Both the position numbers and the translations under genes were made by a program. This document shows, piece by piece, positions 24,328-36,800 of a stretch of DNA of 64,000 bases; position 1 is the stretch's first letter, and the number at the start of each line of letters is the position of its first letter. This DNA comes from Takakia lepidozioides (lineage: Eukaryota; Plantae; Bryophyta). The notes under the pieces were generated by a model, which did not search any database, was not told where the DNA came from, and worked only from the letters and a program-made list of their open reading frames with translations. The DNA lies in the NCBI GenBank assembly GCA_030704615.1, contig CM060733.1:55118001-55182000 (forward strand). The letters are read 5' to 3'.

Positions 24328-24780
24328 TCAAACATTGTACCTTTTTTTGGCTGCTCCAGAAGACTCCCCAATCGCCGGAGACCCTTTGCGCTTCGGACTG
24401 CTCTCTACGCCGAGCATGTTCTGGAGCATCTCCCCCATCCTCTTTTCCACTATCTGGTTCTTCCTGAGGCCAGCATCAATATCTTCTTCGACGTCCGTCT
24501 CTCTCTCGGATTTAGTCTCCTCCTCACCTGTTCTTGGAAGTATGGCGGGCTGCTGTTCTTCTCCAGATTCCTGTTCTTCCATCGCCAGACTTTCCTCCTT
24601 GCCCTCTTCTTCCTCCTTTTCCTCTTCGTTTACTCTTTCCATCCTCATTCTATATCTGGCTCTATTCCTGTCCCTAGTGCTCGTGAAGTATAACGACTTC
24701 CTTCTCTTCCTCCTCCGGTGGAAACAAGGGCTCCCCACGCTGCCTCTGGAGCTCTCCAGTTTGACGTTTGCAACAAGCAT
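24328..24780 (-). CDS. Glu-rich low-complexity ORF, probable first exon of ParB-MTase gene copy B
   Basis: 150-aa ORF with EEEKEEEEGKEE and basic clusters. Donor-like AAAG|gtacaa at about 24340. Same strand as, and upstream of, the ParB exon. Confidence 0.45.
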   Translation of the reverse strand: MLVANVKLESSRGSVGSPCFHRRRKRRKSLYFTSTRDRNRARYRMRMERVNEEEKEEEEGKEESLAMEEQESGEEQQPAILPRTGEEETKSERETDVEEDIDAGLRKNQIVEKRMGEMLQNMLGVESSPKRKGSPAIGESSGAAKKRYNV

Positions 24781-25049
24781 TGCTATGGCATGTAACCAAA
24801 GTAAAAATTGGACATTGTTAACCGTATTTGGATGCGGGTGCCATCATTGTGTGCGAACGGAATTCATCCATTTCGGTGTCTTTGTATTATCCAAGAAATA
24901 AAGTGGTGGAAAAAAAGTAGATCCGTTGCATGTACTTGTGATATATGTCAGATGTACTTCGCCGCCTGCCAATACATGGCAGCCTTCTTGCATTCTTTGA
25001 AATTCGGAAGTGCCGTAGAAATTTAGCAGTACTTGCATATTCGCAATAA

Positions 25050-28000
25050 TTGATATGCTTCACATATGCGTCCACGTGTGTTGTACTGCCTACCCTGTGG
25101 TTTGCATTTCGCCGTCACCGTCGCAATGGGGTCATTCGGTATAAAGGGTTGTGTCGGCAATGGTCATGTGTTGCACACACTCATGCGAGGTGTCTCCCGG
25201 AGTGTCAGTGTTTGTGCTGTACTCTTCTGGCACAGCACAACCTCATTAGATTCGGGGTCTTCCTCTTTACTGCTCTCCAGGGTTGTTGCCGTCTTTCCAT
25301 AATGGATGATTTTATGTCATGTTCAGGGTTTGTTTTTCATCCAAATACAGCACGGCTTCTTGTGGCTTCTTCTCTTAGAAAACAGTTTTTTCTGGTTGGT
25401 GTCTCTAAGTGTGGTTGTCTTCGAAGTTCGGTGCATGTCATTCCTACATCCTTTGCATGCATCGCCCGTAGTCTTTGGGTCAGTGCTACCTTTTTTGACC
25501 TCAATTTGTTTGGGGTGGATCCCCTTTCGAGAATTACGGGCTATCAGTTCGGGGATTCCTCTGTGAATCGCAACTTTCTGTCAGTGTACAAAAACATGTC
25601 CAGGGAGCAAGATAGACTCGCTCGATTTCATTCCAATGCAGGTAGTCTTCCACAAACTGCCACTGTAGATGACAATGGGTTTGCAGTTGTTCATGAGGAT
25701 GAGCTGGTTACAGTGTTCCCTCTGGAATTGGGTTCTTTGCTTGTTCAAAAAGAGGTGTATGACGAGGATGGGAATTTGGATTCTGGGCACTTGGAGAAAC
25801 CATTGGTTGGCGAGTGTGGAAGGAAGTGGAGGGTCCTTCCAGGCACATACCGGGTCCTTGGAAAAGACAGAAGACAATCAGCAGGATCAGTAGTTACACC
25901 TGGCACTGCAGCATCGGTCGTGCAGCAGAAGGGCACAGTTCATGTGAAACAAGAGGTGAGCACATCCACTACATTCGTGACTCTTTCAGACTCGTCCTCG
26001 GAGGATGTTTCTGAGATTCCTCCGCCAATGCAGACTCCATTCTTGGATGATGACGAGTTGCAGGAGATAACGAGTGTCATTCCGAAATTGAAAGCCCTCG
26101 CAGGGGTGCCTGGGTGCAAGAGCGAGCTGCGTTTTGTTGATTGGGAGTCCCTTCGTGTGCAGCGGGTTCAATACGTGCCAGCAGAATTTGATGGGGACAT
26201 CTTGTTTGAGCTCAACCCTCCCACGTCTTCCAGTGGACTAGCTGGGCTTCTGCAGGGCATGGACAAGAAACATGATGGACACCCTTGGTGCAGGACAAAA
26301 ACGTCGAACACCCACAACGACATTGGATTGAAATTTCGAAGGTCGGTCTGCGTTGGGCATTGTAAGTGCGTGAATATTTCTTGCCCTCGCCTGAGAAATA
26401 GCGCTAAACCAAACAAAAGTGAGTGGGAAGGTGTGCCCCTGAATCCTTTCACCCCAGGGCTTGCCCCTCCCAAGACCAATACTTTTTTGTGCAGGTTCTG
26501 CAAACTTTCCCCGTCTTGTGTTTCTGTGTGCCACGCTCATATATACCAGGTGGCACACCGATGCAAGACAATGACTCGTGCCTGCATTCATATGGGTACA
26601 CACGAGCATCATGTGTTCAAAGGAAGTTGCTGGGATAGTGTGGACATCGCTAGAAATCTGCTGAAGCAGGAGTTCCACAATGCCCCTTGTGCAACACCTT
26701 CTGCTATAGCGCTTGCAGCTAGCAAGGCATTCCTGGAAAAACACATACTGGGTGAAGGGGATGCGACACAACCAATGCTGGATGCAGATTTGCTTGAGGC
26801 AGTGATGGACCATTTCTCCGTGTTGAGCTCTCCCAATATTCAAAACTAGGTGAATGCACTCAAAATGGGCACAGGCACTACTGGATTCATGGACAACATT
26901 ATGGACCTCAAACGGAGGAGTCGCTATGAATTCATTCAAAACAGTATCTTCCCTGCCAGGGCTCGTCCTAGGTGTATTTGTTCAAGATGTCCACAGTGGG
27001 CGAAGGCAGTGGTGTGAGCATTGTCCACCGAATGCAACCTGGAGGAGATTTGGCAAAATGTTGGTTAATGTTTGATCACTGCAAATGGGTGAAGGGTTGG
27101 ACAACCATGGCGTGCCATGTGTACGATCCAGCGTACCAACGTGTGCTCTCCATAGCAATTTGTGATATGCAGTCGGAGGACACTGAATCCCAGATGCTCA
27201 TGTGTGGAATTTGCTCCTGGCCGTCATGCAGCGCAATGGAATACAAAACACAAATTTTGCGGGCTTCATGGCTGATAGTGCACAGACAAATTTCAATGCA
27301 GTGCGGCGCGTGTTTGGTTCGGGGGATCCTAAGGTCCCAATGGAAAATAGGGAGCGCACATGCCTCTTCCATTGGAGTCAATCTCTGGCACGTCATACAA
27401 AGCGCTGCATTTGCTCTGACCTTCAGTTGGAGCACAGAAGGCTCTGCCTCAAGTACAAAAATGCCAACTCAATGGGAGAAGCTGAGAGCACTTACCAAGC
27501 AATCCGGGCTTGGTGGTTCTCCTCTGGTGCTGCTACTGATATCCACCTGAAGGAGTTGGAGGACTGGTTGGTTTTCTGGCACTTCAGGTACAGACAGTGG
27601 GGAGCTTTCATGACGACGGTAAGCCTCTTCAATCCCAGAACACAAATTTCACTTTGCATCATGCCTGTTCATTTGGGGGTTGTTGGATTGTCACTTGCAG
27701 AACCTCTTCCATTTCCTTTCGTTCCTCACATTTCCATGCAATGCCTCCTGCAGGACATGTCCTTGGAGGACTTGGCCGACATGCCATCCTGTAATTTGGC
27801 GGAGACTGTTCACAACGCTTGGATGCAGCAGTCTACCAAAGCAGGACGTGACTTGTATGTGGCCACTGCTGATGACATGGTGCGGGCACTTACACAACAA
27901 ACCAGGTACCGCAATTTTCTGATGGGACGGGGCGGAGGCAAGGGCCCTGATACAACTTTGTTGATGCTAGGGCTGCGAGTAGGTCCGGAGACCCATCAAA

Positions 28001-28130
28001 GATGGCCAGAGCTCTGAACAGGTGCACTGAAGGCTCCCCTTTGCAATCCAGGCTCCCCCATTTGGAAGGCGAGGAAAGATTTGGATCATGCAAAAGGAAA
28101 TTGAACACTCCTCCAAGGTCGGATGGAGAT
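25050..28130 (+). pseudogene. GCM/WRKY-like zinc finger + Mutator-type DDE transposase, copy B
   Basis: GCM-like WCRTKTSNTHN...RRSVCVGHCKC...C...CRFC...HMGTHEHHV (26275-26613). DDE core: WLMFD (about 27070), FMAD (about 27270), CLFHW (27361), SCNLAETVHN (about 27795). Several stops and frameshifts. The true start is uncertain. Confidence 0.8.
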
Positions 28131-28800
28131 TCCCAAACAATGTGGCCATGGCAGACCTTGTCACATCCATCAACATGGTTTTGTTGTAGTATGTTATGAC
28201 AACAAGAGAAGGATCCAGGTAGCATCGTCCAATCCTAAACTGACAGAGGCAACCCCTCTTGATGGACTCTCCCTGAACGACTTTCTTCCGTCTCGGCCCT
28301 TTGTGGTTGTTGTAAGAAGGCGATGAAGCATTCAGCACACACCCTCTCCTGCCGTTCCTTCTCTTCAAAGAATGTTTATTGACAGGTATTGCATTTGTGC
28401 GCTTGTCCTCAGGTCCATAAGAACAATGGAACCTGAACAATGATGAGAACTATGTCGGCGGAGTGGAATACTCGGAGCAAGAGAGCATAGCATTTTGACA
28501 AAAAAGAAGAGCAAACAATGCAAACAAGCAACATGCCATTACAAAGAACACATAGAGACCATCCATAAACCACAAAGGTGAAGGCGGACTTTATGACAAG
28601 AGAGCAACTATTGGCCCTTGGAGCTAAGAGCTTGCCCTCCTCATGCTTTCCCTTTTTAGGCACCGTTCTGTTGAAGTGAGTGGGCGCCTCTGCCCTTTGT
28701 TCCTCCCCTCTCACAAAATTGTCGATCCTGCTCCAAGGAATGACCGCAACATCCGTATATACACGATGTCCACCTCCACTTGAAAAGTTGGAGTCCATAG
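28130..28800 (-). pseudogene. 5' exons of a plant transposase-derived zinc-finger (SWIM-associated) family gene
   Basis: AVIPWSRIDNFVRGE... intron ...FHCSYGPED...ESIKRGCLCQFRIGR.Y..PSLVVITY resembles the WRKY-like N-terminus of Arabidopsis At4g13970/At1g60560-type proteins (recognised from memory). Truncated. Confidence 0.55.
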
Positions 28801-29169
28801 CGACCTGTGGTTGAAGGAACCATCCGGGGGGATTTGCAACGTGCCACGCAGCTGTGATAGAAGGAATGACGTGCGCAACTCCGAAGATCCAGTCATGATG
28901 CCCGACACCCCTGCAGGAACAGTACACATCCGCAGACCACACGCATCCTGCAGAAACAGTACACAACAGCAAACTACATGTGCAAGTACAACATACACGC
29001 GCGCAAAGCGGATCAAATCTGCGAGCAGCCGGAAACCCGAAATTTCAATACATCCACTCCGTTCATCTCACAGACCAAAATGGCGGGGGACGTGCATGGC
29101 TGTTGGATGGGGGAGGACGACATAGATGAACAGAATGATAGCCACGTGCAAACAGCCCTGACATTTGAC

Positions 29170-30900
29170 ACGTGGAAGGGGGGATCGCTCGGGGGGGGGG
29201 GGGGGGGGGAGCGGAAGGATGGGGGATCACTCCAGGTGGTGTGGGGGATCAACGGAGAGGGGACCGCCGTGGGGGGGGAACAATCACCTGTTCCGCCGTT
29301 GACGCGCGGGGGGGGGGGGGTAGGTTTGGACGGATAGGGAAGGAGACTCGCGGCTTAGGGCAGCACCGCGATCAATGGAAGAGGGGGGGGAGGGGGGGGG
29401 GGGGTGTCAAGGGTGGGAAGACCGCGGCCATGGCAGCGCGGGGGATCAACCAGAGCGGGGGAACGGTGGCCTGGGGACCGTCCTTGATAGGGGATCGACG
29501 GCTACGGAGACCGCCACGTGGTGGTAGAAGACAAGAGGGGGATCAATTCCGGGTTTGGACGGGGGATCAACCGAGGCGGGGGGTCGCGGCCCAGGGGATC
29601 GCCACGTGGATGGAGGACGGGATCGAATGCCGGGGGACCGCGGATGACCCAGTTTTGAGGTTGGATGGATGCGCAGGGGATCCTCGGTTCAGGGAGCACC
29701 ACGTGGCGGCCGATGCTGGAGGGGGATCAGTGACCGCATTGGACGGGGGATCAAACGAGGGGGGGGGGGGGGGGGGGGGGGGGGTGGGGGCGCGACGGCC
29801 CGGGGGATCGACGGCGGGGGGGCGCCACGTGGCGTTGGCTTGCCATGGGGCCTTCATCCGGCCGTCATCCATCCACTGCGCGGAGGATGGCGGGGGGATG
29901 AGGGCGGATGACCCATAACATCCATTGTTTTGAGGTTAGATGGATGAGCAGGGGATCGACGGTTCGGGGGAGCAGCACGTGGCGGGCGATTAGGGTGTGG
30001 GGATCACTCCCGGTCTGGAGTGGGGATCAAGCCAGGTCGGGGGGAGCGGCGACGTATCGGGGGACCGCGCCGTGGAGGGGAAGAGGGGATCGGCGGCGGG
30101 GGGGAGCGCCACGCCGTCCGAAGTGGTTGGAGGGGGATCAGTCACCGCATTGGACGGGGATCAACCAAGTGGGTGGGGGGCAGCGACGTGTCGGGGGATC
30201 GGGCCGTCGATGGGAAGAGGGGATCGACGGGGGGGAGCGGCACGTGGCCTGTCAGTGTCATCGGGCCTTCATCCGGCCGTTGTCCATCCCTTGCGCGGGA
30301 GGATGGCGGGGGGATGAGGGGCGGATGACACACAACTCCATTGTTTGTTTGTGAGTCGGATGGATGCGCAGGGGATCGATGGTCCGGGGGATCCGCACGT
30401 GGCGGGCGATTAGGGTTGGGGATCACTCCCGGTCCGGAAGGGGGATCAAGGCGCGTCGGGGGGACGGCGACGTCTCGGGGGAGCGCGCCGTGGATGGGAG
30501 GAGGGGATCGACGGCGGCGGGAGCGCCACGTGGTGGTGGGCGCGTCATGGGGCTTCATCCGGCCGTCATCCATTCAATTGAGGTTGGATGGATGGGGAGG
30601 GATCGACGGTTCGGGTCGCGGACGTGGCTGGAGATGGGTGTGGGGGATCACTCCGGCACTGGAAGGGGGATCAACCAGTGAGGGGATCCACAAGCGGGTG
30701 GCCGCCACGTGGCTGGAGATCGAGGCACCGCGCGGCCAGCAGTGGGGCGGGGGTCAGGGGTCCCGGGCGGGCGGGCGCGTGAAAGGGTCAGGGGGGGCGC
30801 GGGGAGCAGCGGCGGGGCAACGGCGGAGGGGGATGGGATTATTTGACATGGGGCGTCCAGCTCGCCGACGAGGCTGCCAGAGCGGGGGTTCCCTGGCTGT
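29170..30900. repeat. G-rich, strand-asymmetric degenerate repeat tract with many GGGGATC motifs
   Basis: Long G runs, about 30 GATC sites, repeated CACGTG, and recurring blocks ggccttcatccggccgt (29849, 30264, 30551) and gaggttggatgga (29657, 29932, 30580). Confidence 0.85.
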
Positions 30901-30944
30901 ACCTCGCGGGCCGTACCCGTCAGCTCACATGCTTGCAATAAAAT

Positions 30945-31547
30945 CAAGCCACATCCATATTGGGACCGATGTCAAGGCCCATGTGTGAAGAATTGAAATC
31001 TAAGCCCAAGTGCATTTTATTATGTATCCAAGTGGGTCTCCTATGTCGGGCCCACGTGGCGACCTCTAGTGTAGCCTTATGCCGTTGGTCCATGTGTGAA
31101 GAATTAAAATCTAAGCCCAAGTGCAATCTTCTATTCATGTATCCAAGTGCATCTCCCATGTACAGGCCCCAAGTGTCCAATGTCATCTAAGTCAAAGTGC
31201 AATCCCATATCTAATCCATTTTTTTTTTCAGAGAGCGTACGACCAGATTTGAACCGGAGACCTTTCCCTTGATATCTCTCCCGTCGAGGCTCCAACCATT
31301 GTCCCAGGAAAGCCCACTTTGCCATTTTTTGCTATTTCTCCCAAATTTCCAGCGACCCAAAGCATTTGAAATTCCGTATCTCCCACACCGTGGGTCCAAA
31401 AATCATGAGGCCAATCCGGTGCACCCCTCATCGAGGGCTTTCCAGCGGCACCAAGCACCGGCGCCGGGGCCCCGTGTTTTGGAGATCTCAACGACGCTAC
31501 AAACAAAACAAAACAAAACAAACAAACTGGCTTCCTTCATATATTGA
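30945..31547 (-). mobile_element. Non-autonomous Helitron-like element, 5' portion
   Basis: On the minus strand begins A|TCAATATATGAAG. 31380-31547 is similar to 48058-48228. Internal aagcccaagtgca repeats are shared with 31894-32400 and 41275-41568. Confidence 0.55.
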
Positions 31548-31893
31548 TAACGACAACTTTAATATTTTATCAATTTTATCGAATGATGCTCATGTCATTA
31601 ATAATCAGCTTTCATAAATCTCTACAACCATTACTAATTACAAGTTTAATTTAAAAGTTTGATTTACGTATTTATTAATGTTGTTATTTTAAAGAGTATA
31701 TATATGTATGTAAACTTCCATAGTCTTTCAGCGTCTTCAACATCTCCCACAGTTCTTCGCATTGTCGCTTACAGTCAAACTCCCTTAAGTAATTAGAACA
31801 ACTTTTTCTTTTCATTTTCCTTTTTATCATGTGTAGCTCTAGAACTACAAAAATTTCAAAAAATATGCTAGACCTCTCTTCTTTAAGAAAAAA

Positions 31894-32400
31894 CTAGGGT
31901 AGCCTGTGCCGTTGGCCCCAGTGTCCACTGTCATCCAAGTCCAAGTGCAATCCCCTATGTATTCATAGAATTTTTCATACAAATAATGTGGCGACTGCCG
32001 AGTGGAGGTTTGGGAGTAACTTTAGACAAACAAAATCAAGTTTAGCTAACTTTTTATAATGTCGAGCCCTCTCTAAGCCCAAGTGCCATCTCCCATGTAG
32101 AGGCCCAAGTGCGACCTCCAGGATTCACTCCAGAAAAAATCAATTTTATTTTTTTCATGAAGTTTGGGAGATCTCCACGTTATTGTTCCAACAAAGCCCA
32201 CTTTGATATTTTGGCAATCTCCCCTGTGGAGGCTCCATATATTGATATATCCACTTTGCTATTTTTTGCAAATTTTCAGCGACCAAAAGTACTTGAAATT
32301 CCAAATCTCCCACATGAAGGCCCAATCATTGTTCCAAGAAAGCCCACTTTGCTATTTTTCCCGAATTTCCAGAGACCAAAAATACTTGAAATTCCATATC
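31894..32400 (-). mobile_element. Helitron-like element, 3' portion
   Basis: On the minus strand ends ggccaacggcacaggctaccCTAG|T, the same terminus as at 41568. Confidence 0.6.
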
Positions 32401-33200
32401 TCTAATCATCCACAGACTGATGGTCAAACCGAATGTGTAAACCAGATTTTGGAACAGTATCTTATCTTCGCTGTATACGATAAATTATCACCAAATAATT
32501 GGACGGACCTTCTGTCATTGGCTGAGTTTGCCTACAACAACACTATACTTTCTTCGACCAAACAAACTTCATTTTTCTCTAATTATGGTCATCATCCTCG
32601 AGCAAGCCCTTTCCAAATGAAGACTGTTGGAAGCCCTGCTGCAGAAAACCTTGCTACTCATCTTACTACGATTCACAAGGAGCTTACATTCCACCTCGCA
32701 GAAGCTCAAAACAATACAACAAGGAGTAGCAGATCAACATCGAAAACTCCAACCGCAGTTCAAGGTCGGAGATCGTGTATGGTTTCTTCGACGAGACATA
32801 CAAACATCGCGACCATCAAGGAATTTCGATTATCAACGCCTGGGACCATTCAAAATTATTCACCAAATAAATCCGGTCAGTTTTCGGCTTGAACTCCCAC
32901 GAAGTATGTGCATTAATCCAGTCTTTCATGTTTCATTATTGGAGTTGTATCATCCATCGAATATTCCAGGGAGAGTCTCCGTACCACCTCCACCAATCGA
33001 AGTCAATCAAGAAATCGAGTATGAAGTCGACGAAGTCCTAGACTCTCGCATTAAAATATAAACGTCTTGAGTATTTCGTATATTGGAAAGGCTACGACAT
33101 CAACGAACGTGAGAACCTTCATCCAATCTTGCCAATGCATCTGACAAAGTCCAAGAGTTTCATCAACGATATCCAACTAAGCCCCAAGCTACACGTCAAT
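32401..33200 (+). pseudogene. Chromovirus-type gypsy integrase C-terminus + chromodomain
   Basis: HPQTDGQTECVNQILEQYL, AEFAYNN, RLGPFKII, PVFHVSLL, EYEVDEVLDSR...EYFVYWKGY. Confidence 0.9.
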
Positions 33201-33319
33201 GAGACATCACAACGATGATGTCAGCCAAATTAGCTTCAAGGTGAAGACTTCACATTCAGTGTACCTGATACACACTAATGAGGGAGTTCACACTTCGTGG
33301 GAGTTCAAGCCGAAAACTG

Positions 33320-35602
33320 ACCGGATTTATTTGTCGAATAATTTTAAATGGTCATAGGCGTTGATAATCTAACTTCTTTGATGGTCGCGATGTTTGTATG
33401 TCTCGTCGAAGAAACCATACACGATCTCCGACCTTGAACTGGGATTAGAGTTTTTGATGTTGATCTGCATACTCATTGTATTATTTTTGAGCTTCTGCGA
33501 GGTGGAATGTAAGCTCCTTGTGAATCATAGCAAGATGAATAGCAAGGTTTTCTACAGTAGGGCTTCCAACAGTCTTCATTTGGAAAGGGCTTGCTCGAGG
33601 ATGATGACCATAATTGGAAAAAAATGAAGTTTGTTTGGTCGAAGAATGTATAGTGTTGTTGTAGGCAAACTCAGCCAATGACAAAAGGTCCGCCCAATTA
33701 TCTTGGTGATTATTTATCGTACAACGAAGATACTGTTCCAAAATCTGGTTTACACTTTCGGTTGGACCATCAGTCTGTTGATGATTAGCTGTAGAGAGGT
33801 TGATCTTAGTATCCAATATGTAAAATAATCCCCTCCAGAAATTTGATATGAACTGTGGTCCTCGATCAGATACGATGTCCTTCGGGAGTCCATGAACGCG
33901 GTAAATATTATTGAGGAAGAGTCTTGCAGTTTCCTCGCCGGTAACCGTCTTATTACATGGAATGAAATGTGTCATCTTCGTAAAACGATCTACAATAACA
34001 AGGATTGAATCGGTGATCTTTGAAATTGGAAAGTCCGTAATAAAGTCCATAGACACGGACGACCATCGACCCTTGGGAATGGGTAATGGTTGAAGAAGGC
34101 CGTAAGGTCGATGTCGTGGTCCATTCGCTCTAGCACACGTGTCGCAAGATTTTATAAATTCTTTCATGAGTTTCCACATCTGTGGCACCAATAGTCCCTG
34201 GATATCAATTTCATTGTTTTGTTGAAGCCGAAATTTCTTGCAGCCGGAAGATCATGACATGTTTGAAGAATTCGAAGTCCTATAGGTCCTGGAGGTACAT
34301 AGAGAAGTCCTTTGAAATAAAGTAAGTCATATTTTAATTCGAAATTTTTTGTAACATGTGGGTTGTCTCGAGGTCGATTTAGTTGACTTCGTAGTGTCAT
34401 GACAAATTGGTCACTCTTTAGTGCTTCTTGGATCTCTTTTATGATCTCTACATCGTCATAGGTGGACATGGATAGTTCACTTGGAGATTTGCTGGTTTCA
34501 AGATGATGGATTTTTGTTGGTCAAAAGCTGCATCCCCTTCTTTTGGCGCAAGATACGATCGTCGAGAAAGAGCATCTGGTTTTCCTTGAAGATGTCCGGG
34601 ACGGTAGGTAATAACAAAATCAAACATTGCTAGTGACATACTCCATCTCGCTTGACGTCGATTCAAAACACGAGCTCTCATAAAATACTCGAGATTTTTT
34701 TGATCGGTATAGACTGTGACCTGATGTTTAACTCTCTTCAATAGATGACGCCACTCCTCAAAAGCATCAATAATTGCTAGAAGTTCTTTGTCATGGATTT
34801 CATAATTGATCTCCGCAGCGGAAAATTTGCGAGAACGAAAACCAACAGGGTGAAGTCGGTCATCTGTACCGTATTGAGAAAGTACCGCGTCAAGTACAAA
34901 GTCCGATGCATCTGCTTCCAAAAATAATGGTTTAGATGGGTCTGCATGTACCAATATTGGAGCCGTTGTGAATGTCTGCTTCAGTCTTTCAAATGCTTGG
35001 TTAGCCTTCTCGTCCCATACAGATTTGTCCTTCCATGTGAGTCGTGTCAATGGTGCAACAATTTTGGAGTAGTCCTTGATGAAAATTCTATAGAAATTTG
35101 CAAATCCTAGAAAACATTGTACATCTCAGACCGAAGTTGCTTTAATCCACTCGATGATGGTTTGTATTTTCTTCTGATCCATAAAGATTCTTTTGTCTGA
35201 AATAATGTAGCCCAAAAATTCGACTTCAGATTGGTGGAAAAGACATTTTTCCAACGTGTCATATAGTCATTTTTCCCTCAATTTATCAAGGACAAGGCGT
35301 ACATGGCAACCATGTTCTTCTTCATTATGTGAAAATATCAAAATGTCGTCCAAATAGATGACTACAAAGTCATCTAAAAATTCTCGAAATATGTCATTCA
35401 TCATGTGTTGAAAAATTGCTGGAGCATTTGTAAGACCGAAAGACATAACACTGTATTCGAAATGTCTGTACCTTGTGCGAAAAGCAGTCTTCCATTCGTT
35501 TCCTTCTTTTATTCGTAGAAGGTTGTAAGCTCCCCTCAAGTCGATTTTTGTGAAAAAAATTGCTCGTCCAAGTTGTTCGAGGAGTCCAGAAATCAGCAGC
35601 AA
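33320..35602 (-). pseudogene. pol: Gypsy pol (RT, RNase H, integrase), degenerate
   Basis: [27 protein letters not shown]; EADASDF, NYEIHDKELLAI; SMDFITDFP, IVSDRGPQF. Confidence 0.95.
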
Positions 35603-35609
35603 TGGGTGG

Positions 35610-36190
35610 ATAATGACAAGGCAAGGCTGGCCTCCCTGGGAGAATTTTGCATTGCTTCAGGTTTTTCAGTAGGAAAAGTCCTGCGGAATTATGGCAGCTA
35701 CTTCATCAATTGCCTCCCCTCATATCCCTAGGTAGGGTCAAGACATCGGGCTTCACTAGCTAGATGTGGGTAAAATGCACACCCCTTTGGGGCATCAGAT
35801 AGGCATTGGTCTCTCTAATTGCAACAAGTTTTCCACTGTTTTCAAGCAAATGCTAACATACTGGTGTTCTGCGCAGCTCTCTATGGCGGGCAGAGTTCCC
35901 GTAGAGTTTTGGTTGCAAACCAAATCCTTTTGGCAAGCACCTGGTTTGTTGCTTCTCTTTGGTCCCCGGTACCTGCTCTTTTCAAGACCCTTAAGGCTCT
36001 CATTAGGCATTTCATATGGGGAGCCACTGTTGTTGATTCAACCCGACGTGCTAGGGTCTCTTGGCGACAACTGTGCCTTAAAAAGAAAGATGGCGGCCTA
36101 GGGCTCTTGGACCCTGAGACGCAGATTGCGGCTCTGCTCGCCAGATGAGTGCCCCGAGCCCTTTCGTACTCGGCGGGTCCTTGGAGGTCG
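35610..36190 (+). pseudogene. L1-like LINE ORF2 fragment
   Basis: RRVLVANQILLASTWF...IRHFIWG...ARVSWRQLCLKKKDGGLGL. Confidence 0.8.
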
Positions 36191-36800
36191 GTCATTCAGA
36201 TCAACATCATGAATTCCACCCCTTTCTCTTCTCCTTACTGACGGCCCTCCTTGCGATGTCGGATGGGGTGCGGATCTTCAACAAGGAGCACGTCCAGCTT
36301 CTGTTTATGCTGCCGAATTTCGACAATTTGCATGAGACCTCGACTGGAATGAGAAGAGTCTCATTAGTCAGTTTCGATGTGGCCTAAAAGATGATGTAAA
36401 AGATTTGTTGCTGACAATGCCAAACGTGAGTACACTGAGCAAATTCATCACCCAAGTCATTGCATGCGATAATCGTTTGTTCGAAAGACGTCAAGAGAAG
36501 CGATCTGGATGGTCGACGACGCACCATGCCACTGCTACTACGGCACCAAACACAATGATCCATCAGACATCCAGTAATGATCCTATGCAGATTGATGCTG
36601 TCCGATTCAAGCCATTGACGCCACAAGAAAAACAAAGACGGCGCTCAAATGGATTATGTCTTTATTGCGGAGAAGATGATCACATAGCATTAAACTGCCC
36701 CAACAAGAGAAGATTCACCTATCTTATTTGTGAAGAAGAAGGACGGATCGTTACACATGTGTGTGGATTATCGTGGGCTCAACAAAGTCACTATAAAACC
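36190..36800 (+). pseudogene. Gypsy gag fragment fused by deletion to the start of RT
   Basis: [28 protein letters not shown], then [22 protein letters not shown]. Confidence 0.85.

Noticed and set aside
29172-30988. Gly/Arg-rich ORFs
   Set aside because: Expected from extreme G-richness, overlapping in all frames, with no domain signal.
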